Source: the human T2T-CHM13v2.0 reference genome, Homo sapiens
DNA: 64,000 nucleotides
Assembly: GCF_009914755.1 (NCBI RefSeq)
Contig: NC_060931.1
Strand: one strand, 5' to 3'
Both the position numbers and the translations under genes were made by a program. Positions 32,172-63,716 of this stretch are shown piece by piece (position 1 is the first letter of the stretch; every line of letters begins with the position of its first letter). A model generated the notes under the pieces. The model searched no databases and had not been told where the DNA came from. It saw only the letters and a list, made by a program, of their open reading frames with translations.

Positions 32172-32467
32172 GATGTTTAACCTTTTATCTGTAGCACCCT
32201 GCTGAGGAGCAAAAGGAAAGGCAGTTTCTCACTTGGCCCCGCTTTCAGCTTAATGTTTTCCTTCTGGCAGAGTGAACTGGGGACCTCAGTTGTTATTTTC
32301 TTCTCAAAGAGGAAGAAGGAGTTTCAGATGATCCACTCTGGATGTCATGTTTTGAAGGAGCAAGTGTATTACATAAAACACGATCACTCTGTCTCACAAA
32401 AAGACTCAAAAAGTAGAAATAAAAGTGAGAACTCCCACTACTTAGTGAAAATTCTCAAAGTGGGGGA

Positions 32468-32953
32468 TACGGAAGGAGACCGCTACTACCCCTGCTGCCC
32501 TCCTCCCTGCACCTTGCCTAGTTCACAAGACAGGAGGAGAGAAGAAGCAAAAAGTTAGAAAAAAAAACAAAAGTAAGATAAATAGCCAGACAACCTTGGC
32601 ACCACCACCCAGCCCTAGGAGTTAAAAAAAGTAATAATAATAACATCAACCCCTGAGCTAAACTACTTGTGTTATCTGTAAATTCCAGGCACTATGAAAA
32701 AAGCATTGTAAGACTTTCTGTTCTGTTAGCTGATGATGCTGCCCCCAGTCACGTTTCCCACGCTTGCTTGATGTATCACGACCCTTTCACGTGGACCCCT
32801 TAAAGTTGTAACCCTTTAAAAAGGCCAAGAATTTCTTTTTCGAGGAGCTCAGCTCTTAAAACGCAAGTCTGCCGACGCTCCCGGCCGAATAAAAACCTCT
32901 TCCTTCTTGAATCCAGTGTCTGAAAAGTTTTGTCTGCGGCTCATCCTGCTGCA
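32468..32953 (+). mobile_element. LTR2-family LTR (LTR2B-like; HERV-E/ERV1), preceded by ~100 bp of internal sequence and a polypurine tract
   Basis: 5' t(a)cggaaggagacc; AATAAA at 32888; 3' gttttgtctgcggctcatcctgctgca, typical of LTR2; aaagtggggga immediately upstream. Confidence 0.8.
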
Positions 32954-33203
32954 GTATGACAGTGAACCACCTGGACAGGCGAGGGCGTCCCGTCAGAAGA
33001 CCAGTGAGAATGCAGCCAGCACAGGGCCGCGGGGTTCCTCCATCTGCCTGCGGCCCAGGAAACCTTCCAGCCCAGATTCTTTCCCTCCCGGGGCAGGGCT
33101 GGGAGCACGGCCCCGTGTTCACCACCCATGGATCCCGCCCCTCCAGGGATGTGCTCACATAACAGCCACTTTGTGCCCGTCCAGACTGGAAGACGTGCCG
33201 TCA

Positions 33204-34041
<838 letters not shown>

Positions 34042-34231
34042 TCATTCATTCCACCAGGGAAGACATGGCTTCCAACAAGAAGACAAGCACTAACAGACAA
34101 AATCGGGACCCAGAAGCAAGCAGGCTTGTGGATAGAGCACAGGCCCCGCTGAGGTCCGGCACCTTGAAGGAGGTGGAGCACCAGCTCCCAGGGGCCTCTG
34201 CTCCTGACCACACCAAGACCGTGGTTTACAG

Positions 34232-34596
34232 CAGGGGTCCCCAACCCCCGGGCCACAGAATGTGGCCTGTTAGGAACCAGGCCACATAGCCAGAGGTGAG
34301 CAGCGGGCCAGCCAGTAAAGCTTCATTTGTATTTACAGCCGCTCCCATCGCTGACGTTACCGCCTGAGCTCCACTTTGTCAGATCAGCATCAGCATTCAG
34401 TTCTCACAGAAGCATGAACCCCATTGTGAACTGTGCATGAGAGGGATTAGGTTTCACACTCCTTATGAGAATCTAATGCCTGATGATCTGTCATTGTCTC
34501 CCATCACCCACAGATGGGACCATCTAGTTGCAGGAAAACAAGCTCAGGGCTCTGACTGACTTTACATTTTCAAAGTTGTAGAATTATTTTATTATT
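34232..34596 (+). mobile_element. Second MER1A copy, 3'-truncated at an Alu
   Basis: caggggtccccaacccc 5' end; collinear with 11868-12240. Confidence 0.85.
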
Positions 34597-38311
<3,715 letters not shown>

Positions 38312-38484
38312 TTATGAAAATACACATATATGTTCATGGGAAAGTCACAGAACAAACAAAAATGTTTACAGAAGTCACCTCTCGGTGATAGAGTTGAAGT
38401 GATCTGTGTTTGTTTAAAACTTTTTAAATACTTCTGTGTGTTTTCTAAAAAACTTTTTGTTTCCTCTCGGGAGCCAAAACATAA

Positions 38485-38673
<189 letters not shown>

Positions 38674-38744
38674 TGAATAGCTGAGGCCACAGGTGTGTGC
38701 CATGACGCCTGGCTAATTTTTTCTTTTCATATATATATATATAT

Positions 38745-39122
38745 TATTATACTTTAAGTTTTAGGGTACATGTGCACAATGTGCAGGTTTGTTACATATG
38801 TATACATGTGCCATGCTGGTGTGCTGCACCCATTAACTCATCATTTACATTAGGTATATCTCCTAATGCTATCCCTCCCCCCTCTCCCCACCCCACAACA
38901 GGCCCCGGTGTGTGATGTTCCCCTTCCTGTGTCCAAGAGTTCTCATTGTTCAATTCCCACCTATGAGTGAGAACATGCAGTGTTTGGTTTTTGGTCCTTG
39001 CTATAGTTTGCTGAGAATGATGGTTTCCAGCTTCATCCATGTCCCTACAAAGGACATGAACTCATCATTGTTTATGGCTGCATAGTATTCCATGGTGTAT
39101 ATATGCCACATTTTCCTAATCA
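38745..39122 (-). mobile_element. L1PA 3' end inserted into the central linker of an antisense AluJ (38560-39248)
   Basis: L1PA 3' UTR consensus flanked by the two Alu arms. Confidence 0.93.
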
Positions 39123-39465
39123 GATTAAGTAGAGATGGGGTCTCGCCATGTTGCCCAGGCTGGTCTCGAACTCCTGGGCTCAAGCAATCCTCCCACCTCG
39201 GCCTCCCAAACTGCTGGGATTAGAGGCATGAGCCTGCACACCTGGCTGGATCTGGATTTTTGAGTGTTACCTCCCACTTAGGAGCAGAGTGAGCGTAGAC
39301 AAATCGTTTCTCCGGGCCTCAGTGTCCTCGTGTGTCACAGAGCTGTCCGACTGTTCAGTAAGATTGCAGTGCAAAGAGCCCTGAAAACTGCTGGCCCACA
39401 ACAGGAAGCGCCCAGTAGACCACGGCAATGACGACGCTTCATCTTCAGACAGAAAAGAAATGGTC

Positions 39466-42520
<3,055 letters not shown>

Positions 42521-42521
42521 G

Positions 42522-43198
42522 TGATATGCTTTGGCTGTGTCCCCACCCAAATCTCATCTTGAATGGTAGCTCCCATAATCCCCATGTGTCATGGGAGGGA
42601 CCCGGTGGGAGGGAATTGAATCATGGGGGTGGGATACTCCTGTGATGTTCTAGTGGGAGTGACTAAGTCTCACGAGATCTGATGGGTTTATTTTATTTTA
42701 TTTTTTTAGATGGAGTCTTACTCTGTCACCCCCCAGGCTGGAGTACAGTGGCACGATCTCAGCTCACTGCAAGCTCCACCTCCCAGGTTCACGCCATTTT
42801 CCTGCCTAGCCTCCCGAGTAGCTGGGACTACAGGCGCCCGCCACCACGCCCGGCTAATTTTTTGTATTTTTAGTCGAGGCGGGGTTTCACCGTGTTAGCC
42901 AGGATGGTCTCGATCTCCTGACCTCGTGATCTGCCCGCCTCGGCCTCCCAAAGTGCTGGGATTACAGGTGTGAGCCACTGCTCCCGGCCGAGATCTGATG
43001 GTTTTATAAAGGGCGGTTCCCTGCACATGCTCTCTTGCTGCCGCCATGTAAGATGTGACTTTGCTCCTCCTTCACCTTCACCATGATTGTGAGGCCTCCC
43101 CAGCCATGTGGAACTCTGAGTCAATTAAACCTCTTTTCGTTATAAATTACCCAGTCTTGGGTATGTCTTTATTAGCAGCGTGAGATCAGACTAATACA
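42522..43198 (-). mobile_element. THE1/MST MaLR LTR inserted in an Alu 3' end and itself interrupted by an AluY (42690-42989)
   Basis: tgatatgctttggct...gactaataca termini; the host Alu resumes at 43199. Confidence 0.88.
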
Positions 43199-43879
43199 AT
43201 CTGTCTCAAAAGAAGAAAAAAAATTCTATTTAGTGTTAATTTTTTTCTCTTGACACTGACGGTTGTTGTTGATGTTTTTTCAGCAACACATATGTATTGC
43301 TGGTCAAATGGAAAAAGAATAAAACGTAAAACCAGTTGCCAGGATGACAGCTGCTCTTCTCTTTAGCAAAGCTCTGCTCCAGATGCCCAGCAGTGTTGCC
43401 CTGGGACCCAGCTCTCCTGGGTCCCTTTCCTGGGTCCTGGGCTCTGTCACTCTCTCTCCTCCCTCCAGCCTTGTCCTGGGCAGGTTCCCAGCAGCACATT
43501 CCCAGGCGGGTCAGGGGCCCTTCTGGGCTCCCCTCCCAGAGACACTCCTCTCATCAAGACACAGGTGCAGTTTGCCACCCTCTCCCTTCCGGCCCCTGGA
43601 GTCACTATTTTCAAATCTGCCATTTTCCCTCTGAACAGGGTACATACAGCCTCAAACAGGTGGATTTTACAACCAAGCGGGAGGATTTTGCCCACAGGAA
43701 GACCTTGGAGGTGGCTGCCATCCAGATGGCTCGGGCAGCCCAGCTGACCTGCTGCAGAGGCCTTCCTGGAGGGTCTCGGGCATCGGGGTGTCCACACTGC
43801 ATCCTGGACAAGAGTGAGCCTCCGTCTCTGGGAGACACGCTGAGTGGGAGCCACACGTGTACCCTGGAGGAAGGCCTTC

Positions 43880-47840
<3,961 letters not shown>

Positions 47841-47889
47841 TAAATGAAACGCTCTTCAGGGCCCAGCATGCATGTCTGCAGTCTACAGT

Positions 47890-48036
47890 GAGTTCAAACC
47901 CTCTGTCAATGCTGGGAGCATCTGTGTATGGATTTTGGATTCTGTGTATTGGGAAATCTGGCTGAGTTCAAACTCTCTGTCAATACTGGGAGTGTCTGTG
48001 CATGGATTTTGGATTCTGTGTATTGGGAAATCTGCC
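47890..48036. repeat. 74-bp tandem duplication
   Basis: GAGTTCAAAC..CTCTGTCAAT..CTGGGAG...TGGATTTTGGATTCTGTGTATTGGGAAATCTG at 47890 and 47964. Confidence 0.92.
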
Positions 48037-49217
48037 TGAAATCTGTTACAGCTCTCCGGCAAGTTCCTTTCACCACTCCCCACAGTCTCACACACTGAAA
48101 CCACAGCAGGGGCCGCCCTCACTCACCGCAGGGGACAACCACCCACCAAAAACCATTTCCTCTGCGGATGCTTCCCGCCCAAAGAAGGAACCAGAAGCAG
48201 GCAGGATGGGGAAGCAGCTGGTGGAGAAGCCAAATTGTTTCCTTAAGAGAAAGGGATTTACGGGAGGTGGAGGTTGCAGTGAGCCAAGATCGCACCACTG
48301 CACTCCAGCCTGGGCGACAAGAGCAAAACTCTGTCTCAAAAAAAAAAAAAAAAAGAGAGAGAGATACGGATTTCCTGAGCCTCCAGGAGGTCGGCTGGGT
48401 AATTTTCCTTCGTCCGACTCTCTCCCTGGCCATTGCGTAGCCACCTCATCCAGATGGCACGAAGCCTCCGGGCTCGGGTTTCTGACTCGTCTCCCAGGAG
48501 CCGGTTTCTGTTTACCGCTGAAAGGCACGCCTGCTGCCAAATTTGAGGTGTGAGCTCACCGAGAAAAAAGCACTGTGCTCCCCCGGGAGCTTTGCAAAAC
48601 GGGCCGCTGCTGCCCTCCGTTCTGCAGCAGAGATGGTGGCCTTGAAGACAGCGAGCCTGCCTACGGGGTCGCTGCGTCCGGTCTCACTCCAGCCAGGCTG
48701 CCGGCCTGGCCCCTGCCTCCGTTTCCCTTGCTTTGAAATGTCAGTGGCTGCACTACCTGCTCCGTCCTGCTCTGCAGTGCTGGGAAGATGGGAAAAGCCT
48801 TAGGAACTGAAGCCCAGCCTGTTGTCCAATGTCCTCTTCTGAAATGAGGACAGTTGGCCAGGCCAAAGAAAACAGACCCAAGCTGTGTTTCGGGAGACAC
48901 AGAAGCCCCCCAGACTCTCCTACCTGCTTGTTCTTGTTCCTCCCTTAACCCACTCCACGGACCGGGGCCTTACGGGGAGGCCGTACTGGCCCCAGGGTGG
49001 GCAGGGTGGAGGCCAGCCTTTTTGGGGGCACGATCCTAGTATTTGAATGTCCATCTTCTCTAGTGACAGACCCAGGCGGTGGGTTCTGGCACGGCCATCT
49101 GCCAAAATCTTTCCCCCAAACAGATGTGTCTGTTTAAAAAGGAGATCTAATGCAGGCTTTTAGCAGCAATGTAAGGTCCATCAGAGTTAATGCTTGGTTT
49201 AAAAAAAAAAAAAGTAG

Positions 49218-50670
<1,453 letters not shown>

Positions 50671-51039
50671 AAAAAGGTGAACATGATTGTATGTAAATTA
50701 CACTTCGTTTTAAAAGTGCAAAGAACAAATCAGTATTTGCAAGACGCGGTGCAGTCCCCAGCACGGAGAAGAGAACCTGCGAATTCCACGCGGGAAGAGC
50801 CGGCGTTTCCATCAGCAGGGGCCCTGCAGGAGACCTCGCGTGCAGACCCCACACATTCCCCAGAAGGGCGCCTGGGGAGGAGGGGCCGCGGGAGGAGCCC
50901 GGCCTGCGAGCGCCTGCGCACGCCCGGAGCGGCGGGGAATTGGGGTGGGGGCGGCGGCCAGCAATGGGAGACGTGCGGAAGGCCAAGGAGGCACTGGCCG
51001 AGGTGAGCCCCGTCGGAAGTGGGGGCTGCCTCCCGGAGC

Positions 51040-51475
51040 CGCAGCTGCCCCTCCCCCAAGACGCGGACGCCCTCCTGGAGATTCAGACCCTCTCATGGAG
51101 ATGCAGACCCCTCCCCCGGATCCAAACCTCTCCCCAAGATGCGGACGCCCTCCCCCAGATGCACACACCTTTCCGAAGATGCAGACCCTTCCCCCAGATG
51201 CAGACCCCTCCCCAACGTAGACCGCGTATCTGAGGGGCAGAGCCCTCCGCGATGCAGACCCCTCCCCCAGGTGGAGACCCCTCCCCCAGGTGCAGACCCC
51301 TCCCCCAGGTGCAGACCCCTCCCCCAGGTGCAGATCCCTCCCCCAGATGCGGGCCCCTCCCCCAGATGCAAACCCCCCCCAGCAGGTGCAGACCCCTCCC
51401 CTAAATGCGGAGCCCTCCCTCAGATGCAGGCCTTTCCCCCGAATGCAGTCCCCCTCCTCCAGGTGCAGCCCCCAT
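51040..51475. repeat. 19-20-bp C-rich minisatellite inside the SUN1 promoter, ~22 degenerate copies
   Basis: Unit G(A/G)TGCAGACCCCTCCCCCA. Confidence 0.93.
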
Positions 51476-51709
51476 ACCGGGACGTGGCCTCGCCCGTCCC
51501 ACCCCGTGACGCATCCAGGCCCCTCCCCCTCCCTCCCTCTCCCCCTCCCCTTCCCCCGCCTGGAGTCCTCCTCGCCCCTCCGCCCGCGGCCCGTAGCCGC
51601 CTCGTCATTGGCCAGAACGCTTCGGGTGGCGCGCTCGGGACTGGTGAAGGCCTGCGTTGCTCCCGCCCTCGGCCCGGGGCGCGGCCCGCGATTGGCTGGC
51701 GTGGGCAGA

Positions 51710-51765
51710 GCGTCTTCTCGGGCCTGGGCGGCGCAGACGAGGCCTGAGGCGGCGGCGCGAGGCAG
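51710..51765 (+). other. SUN1: Probable non-coding first exon of SUN1 (start approximate)
   Basis: Directly downstream of the CCAAT boxes; strong donor CAG|GTGAGC at 51766; no ATG. Confidence 0.7.
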
Positions 51766-52235
51766 GTGAGCTCCTGGCGGGCCGGGCCAAGGGCACCCCG
51801 GGGCGGGCGCCGGGCTGCGGGGACGCGAGGCGGGGGCCCGGGGGCCGGGGGGACGCGGGGTCGCGGCCTGGGCGCCCTCAGCGCGGGCTGCGCCAGGGCC
51901 TCCTGGGCCAACGGCTGCCGCCCCCGCCCGTCCCGCGCCCCGCAGCTACCCCGGCCCGCGCAGGTGAAGACGCCCGGAGACCCTGGCGGTCGTGGCGCAG
52001 GGGTCCTGCTCCTCCCCGGGGTGTCGCCAGCCGGCTCGTGGCGCGGGGTCGGGGGCGGAGCGGGGAGAGGCGCGGGAGGCCGCGGCGGGCGGCCCGGGCT
52101 GGGCGTGGAGGAGCGTCCTCCCCGCGTTCTCAGGCCTTGGCCCGGGCTGCCCGCCTGGACCCCGTTGCGGGGTCCCAGCCCCTGGAAGTAGCGGCGGGGC
52201 CGTGGGTGGGGTGGTGGGAAGACGGTTTTATTTAA

Positions 52236-52445
52236 GAGGGGGGGTCTCGCTGTGTTTCCCAGGCTGGTCTCGACCTCCTGAGCGCGAGCTATCCTCCCGC
52301 CTCCGCCTCCCGAAGCGCTCGGATCACAGGCGTGAGCCACCGCGCCCGGCTGATAGTCGTATTTTTTGTAGGGTTGTGGTCTCTCCATGCTGCCCAGGTC
52401 GGACTCCTAGGCTCAAGCGATCCCCTCGCCCCAGCCTGCCTGGAG
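52236..52445 (-). mobile_element. Old Alu monomers (FLAM/AluJ-like) inside the CpG island
   Basis: aggctggtctcg..ctcctg..caggcgtgagccaccgcgcccggc. Confidence 0.8.
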
Positions 52446-52548
52446 GCGCGCGCGTGGTCTCCGCGCCCTGTTGCGCCTTCAAAGTGCCCAGAATGGTGTC
52501 TGGTGCAAAATAAGCAGCGGCGGGGAACACCTTGCCACTGTCACCGTC

Positions 52549-52591
52549 ATGGGGAGGATTTCTCCCGGCTCCCCAGGGCTCCCCAGGACAG
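52549..52591 (+). CDS. SUN1: Alternative SUN1 coding exon giving N-terminal extension MGRISPGSPGLPRT(V)
   Basis: ATG in strong Kozak context (gtcATGG); donor ACAG|gtgggc in phase 1; I recall a SUN1 isoform starting MGRISPGSPGLPRTV... Possible weak acceptor aagcag| at 52517. The main SUN1 coding exons lie beyond the window. Confidence 0.6.
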
Positions 52592-53179
52592 GTGGGCGGT
52601 GCGGTCCGAGGTCTCTGCTCTCGCTTTGCAGCTTGTGGTTGCTGCGTCTGGCTCTGATTCCGGGTGGGAAGCTGCCCATAATTGTGTCTTCTAAGCTTCA
52701 GTCATAGTATTGCCCATGAAGTGCTTGCGGCTCTAATTGCTAAAGCTTTGTATGAAGGCTTTTGTGTGTAATCTGTTTTTACTCCCTACATCTCCACTGT
52801 GGAGAAGCACCGTGTGTTTTGGTTTATCTCATCTGTTGTTGGACACTTGATAGTTTTTTGAAGCCTTTAGTTTTCTCAAATTATTTCTCTAATAATTTCC
52901 TTTTCTTTGTTTACCCTTTTTTTCTGACTGTTCTGGAAATACTACTGTTTGGGCTGGAAGGCTTGGGGTGGCTTTATAATTTTCTTGTCTTTCTCCCATT
53001 TAATGTTTGTTCTACTTTCTAGATTTCCTCTTTTTCTTCCAGTATATCTATTTAGCATTTTAGTTTGGCCATGGTATTTTAAATTTCCCAGAGCTGTTTT
53101 TTTTTCCTCCTTTAAAATTTGTAATATGTTCTTACTTCATAAATGGAGTATCCTCTCATTCACCTGCTTTTTGTTTTTG

Positions 53180-55905
<2,726 letters not shown>

Positions 55906-56193
55906 GCCTAATTGCTTCTTGAAAAGATTGTGAGTATTCAGTTTCTCCTGTATTTTGGTTCCATCTTACACCCTCACTTCCAATTGTAAACTAGTGCCAC
56001 TATTTTTGGAGCCTTCTGGGGGTTCCATGATCAAAGTTAGATTGTTCTTCCATGTTCTCCATTGCATGCTTATGACTCAACTTCTTCTGGCCTAAGTCAG
56101 TTTTTATTCATCTATCTAGCTCCCCAAAATGTATTGCTATTTTCTTTTCTCCCTTTCATTTTGTTCTCAATGAAATATGCCTTTAAAAAATAG

Positions 56194-56550
<357 letters not shown>

Positions 56551-57962
56551 GTCCTGGTGACCTGTTTTCAAAGAACGCTGATATTTAATGGGGTGTGTTG
56601 TCAGGTCATAACCATTGTTTCCTGGTCCTGAATTTATGATGATCGAATGGTCTCCTAGTCTGCTTTATAGTGTCTCCAGATTCTGAAAATAAATCCAATT
56701 CAAATCTGCTTACAGTAAATGCCAGGGAGTGTTTTTTTGTGGGAGAAGTAGTGATGGGATGAAAGCATCCTTCAGCGTTCAACCCTTGCCCTTACCGCAG
56801 CGTTTCAGGGTGAGGTGAGAGTCCTGGAATTACCTCTCCTGGAGGCTGTTGAATTGCATGTCATAACGCCCACTGGTGATTCCAGTTAAGCGGTCCTGAA
56901 CACAGCGGGAAAGGGAGTTCCCACATCGGGGTTCATCAGGCAGATTGGAAACAGGACTATCTAGGCAGTAGGCCCAGTGTCGTCGGCCTCACCTTTCCCT
57001 GTGCGTATTTGGTGGGGTGGTTGTGCTTGTGTTGCCCTGCCAGAGGGTTGCAGTGTTGTTTCATTGATTGAAAGCCTGCCCTCGTTTTCTTCTTCCCCTT
57101 GCTTCCTAAATGTGGAGCTCGTTGCTATTTTGGACTGCTCACCCACTTGATTTATAGATAGAGGAGACCAGGCCTGCTACATCACATTTGAAGCAGTTTG
57201 CTTCCACTGGGATAAAATAAACTAGGAAGTGTCAGATGAAAATACAGAAAATGATGTTGCTTCTTATAATACACTGTTTATATAATTGTATGTTCTAATT
57301 GTTGCTACTTTATTAAGCATCTCTTGTAATTTATTAGTCAGTTTTACGGTTTAAATTGTGTCTGTAATTAAGCATGCTTGTTCTGTTGGTACTTTGGTTT
57401 TCATTTAGTTGCTTAGGGGCATACAGTGAATGGCTGTAGGTTGTGAGTTTAGGCGGTAACATCTGTGTGACAGACACTTTTGACATTTGTGCAGAATTAA
57501 ACTGTAGGTCTCAGACAAGCAGCGTGGATGTCATCACATCCAGGTGCCGGGTTCCCTGGGTCCCTACGGTGGGGAGACACCCCTCGGGCATGTGTAGTTT
57601 GAACACAGAGCAGCCCTTTGGTCTCTTTGTTCTCAGCCATTCTGTTTATTTTGATTTTTAATATTATTGTAAGATGTGAGCTGTATCTGCAGTATGAAAA
57701 ACAGATGATTTTATTATGTCTTTACTTGCTACAAACTGAAAAGTATTCACCTTGAGCCTGGTACTTGGTGCTGGGGAGAACAGAGCGCTAGAAGGGTGAT
57801 CTGGACGTGGTGTGGATGTGTATTCCAGAACATGTAAGACCGTGAGACTGCTGTTGACAATTACTGTTGGGAATGGAGCAGCTGACATACCTGTTCCGGT
57901 TAGACGAGGAAGCATATGAAGGCCTGAACATGCCGGGAGGAAGAATGAGAGGCCCAAGCGCA

Positions 57963-58139
57963 GCACACACAGCCCTGTGGCCACCCGCGAATTCCCGCAC
58001 ACACACGGCCCTGTGGCCACCCGTGAATTCCCACACACACACGGCCCTGTGGCCACCCGTGAATTCCCACACACACACGGCCCTGTGGCCACCCGCGAAT
58101 TCCCGCACGCACGTGGCCCTGTGGCCACGCATGAATTCC
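57963..58139. repeat. 36-bp minisatellite, ~5 copies
   Basis: GCCCTGTGGCCAC at 57972, 58008, 58044, 58080 and 58116; GAATTC in each unit. Confidence 0.95.
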
Positions 58140-60130
58140 TGTACAGGATTTTTCCGGAGCGTAGTCAGGTAAGGAGTAGAGAGCGGTGGAGACTGGAGGA
58201 TTGTCAGCTTAGTGGCAAAGCGAGCAGGGTGCGTGGCGTGGAGAGCGCCCCCTTCCAGTCACGTGCAGCGTTCACTTGTTCTCCAGGCAAGGATTAGAGC
58301 CGAAGGTGAATGAGGCACAGTTCCTGCCGTCACAGAGTTCAAGGGCCGCTTGGAGAGAAGGACTCATTGAGAAATAATCATTATGATTTGTGTTCCTGCT
58401 GATCACCAGTGAGTGCTAGAATTGACAGTAACTGGGGTAGGATGAGGCCCATGGGGGCTTCCTGGTGGTGGTATCTCTGCTGAACATTAAGTGTGAGGAG
58501 AAGTTAGCTAGGCAGAGTTTGGGGTGTAACTAGACCAAGGAGATGCGGAAGGGGATCAGGAAATAGGAGGGCACCTCAGGCAGGAGACATTCATTGCAAG
58601 GAAAGAGTGGAGGAGCGGCATGTAAATGGGTGGGGAGGAGAGGGTTCCCTGGAGCCACGGTGGATTCTAAGGCACGGATGGGAAGTGAGGAGGGAGAAGT
58701 AGCAGCATTTGCACCAGTGCCGTGTGTGCAGGCAGCCATGGGGGGAGTCTGTGCGAACAAGGTAGGCAGATTTCTCTGTAGATGGGTCATTCAGGTGGTT
58801 TTCTCAAGGATTGGCTTGAGAGGCAAGACTGGAGCCAGGGAGACGGTCAAGGCACTTGCAGGGAGCCAGCCAGAGGTGGCATGTCAGGGCGGGAATGGAG
58901 AGGGGGCATGGGGCACGCGCCCTGGGGAGGGAGGAGCAGGCCTGGGGCGTGATTTGGACCTGTGAGCCTGCCTGACATCCAGGCGGAAATGCCCAACAGG
59001 AAATAAAACGATGCCTGTGTACCAACTGGAATTACAGATGGGTTACATGAATTATTAATGGCTTGCAGTATAAACATCAAAACAGTAAGAGTAGGAGAGT
59101 CCGTTGCAGACCATGCTTGTGTTCTTGGCTTAGGGAAAGTCTTTCTAAGAAGTGGGACATGAGTGAGGGAAGGGAAAGACCAGACATGGTGTGGCCAAAG
59201 TCACCTGGGTGAAGTTAAGGACGGGAGTATCCCTGCCATGTAGTAGTGGATTCATATCCTTATGTGTATGTGGTCCAGTAAAACAGAAGAAGACAGATCT
59301 CCGCACAGGATGAGAAATACCCCTGGCTGAGAAACACAAAAAGATGTTTCACGTCACTGATAATTAAGGAAATGCACATGAAAGCTGTGTGAGCCTCTGG
59401 GTCCAGACCCAGCACGGGCTCTGCAGGAGGAGGATGCTGAGTGTGGCTGCAGCACATCCCTGCTTGAGGGCCGCTGGCTGCAGATGAGTTCTCCAGGAGA
59501 CATTTGGTTGGCGGTCCCCATCGTACTGGTTATAAGGAAATTCTGTGCACTCTAGGTTTGAAGCAAATACAATGAAACTATTTAAACTATTTAATAGTTT
59601 TGTCTTCCTAGACGCTTTGCAGTAATATGTATAAACTAAATAATTTGGCCTTGGGCTTTTGCTGAAACACTGTGATGACCACCGTTCTGTAAGAGGAAGT
59701 GGGGTTTGTATTAAAAAGATTCAGTGCCCTTATGGTAAGGAGATGTGTGCACGTGATCATCGGTCTTCTGGTAGAAGTCGTCGTTTTCTTTGACACTCAG
59801 CTGTTTTCTTGATGTTCAGGCTAGATGGGCTTGCTTACCTTTTCCTGTTGTTTCATCGTTTCCAAAACAAGTGAAGAAACGTTGCATCTTGGCTAGGAAC
59901 TATCTGTCGATATGGCTTTGCTGCTGATGGGGTGTGCTGGGAGGCAGTCCAGAGCAGGGCGGGTGCGGGGTGGGGGCGTCCGCTGGCTGGGTGCTCCAGG
60001 GGTGCTCGGAGGAGCAGCTTCTGTTTCTAGCCCCTGTGAACGTGTCCACACCTCACAGCTAAGGCAGTGGGAGACCTTGAATTGGACCCCAGAGGACTGT
60101 CTGCCTGTCCTGCCTCACAAATGAAGATGA

Positions 60131-63716
<3,586 letters not shown>

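Larger units (their letters stand above)
50740..52620 (+). promoter_or_regulatory. SUN1: CpG-island promoter of SUN1 (upstream promoter)
   Basis: Very high GC/CpG; two inverted CCAAT boxes (ATTGG at 51607 and 51691); NRF1-type GCGCCTGCGCA at 50910; ETS CGGAAGTG at 51014; GC boxes. Gene identity comes from the known gene order DNAAF5-SUN1 and the downstream peptide exon. Confidence 0.85.

Noticed and set aside
51019-52513. Pro/Arg/Gly-rich ORFs of 140-322 aa
   Set aside because: Expected in a CpG island and C-rich minisatellite; open on both strands with no domain-like sequence.
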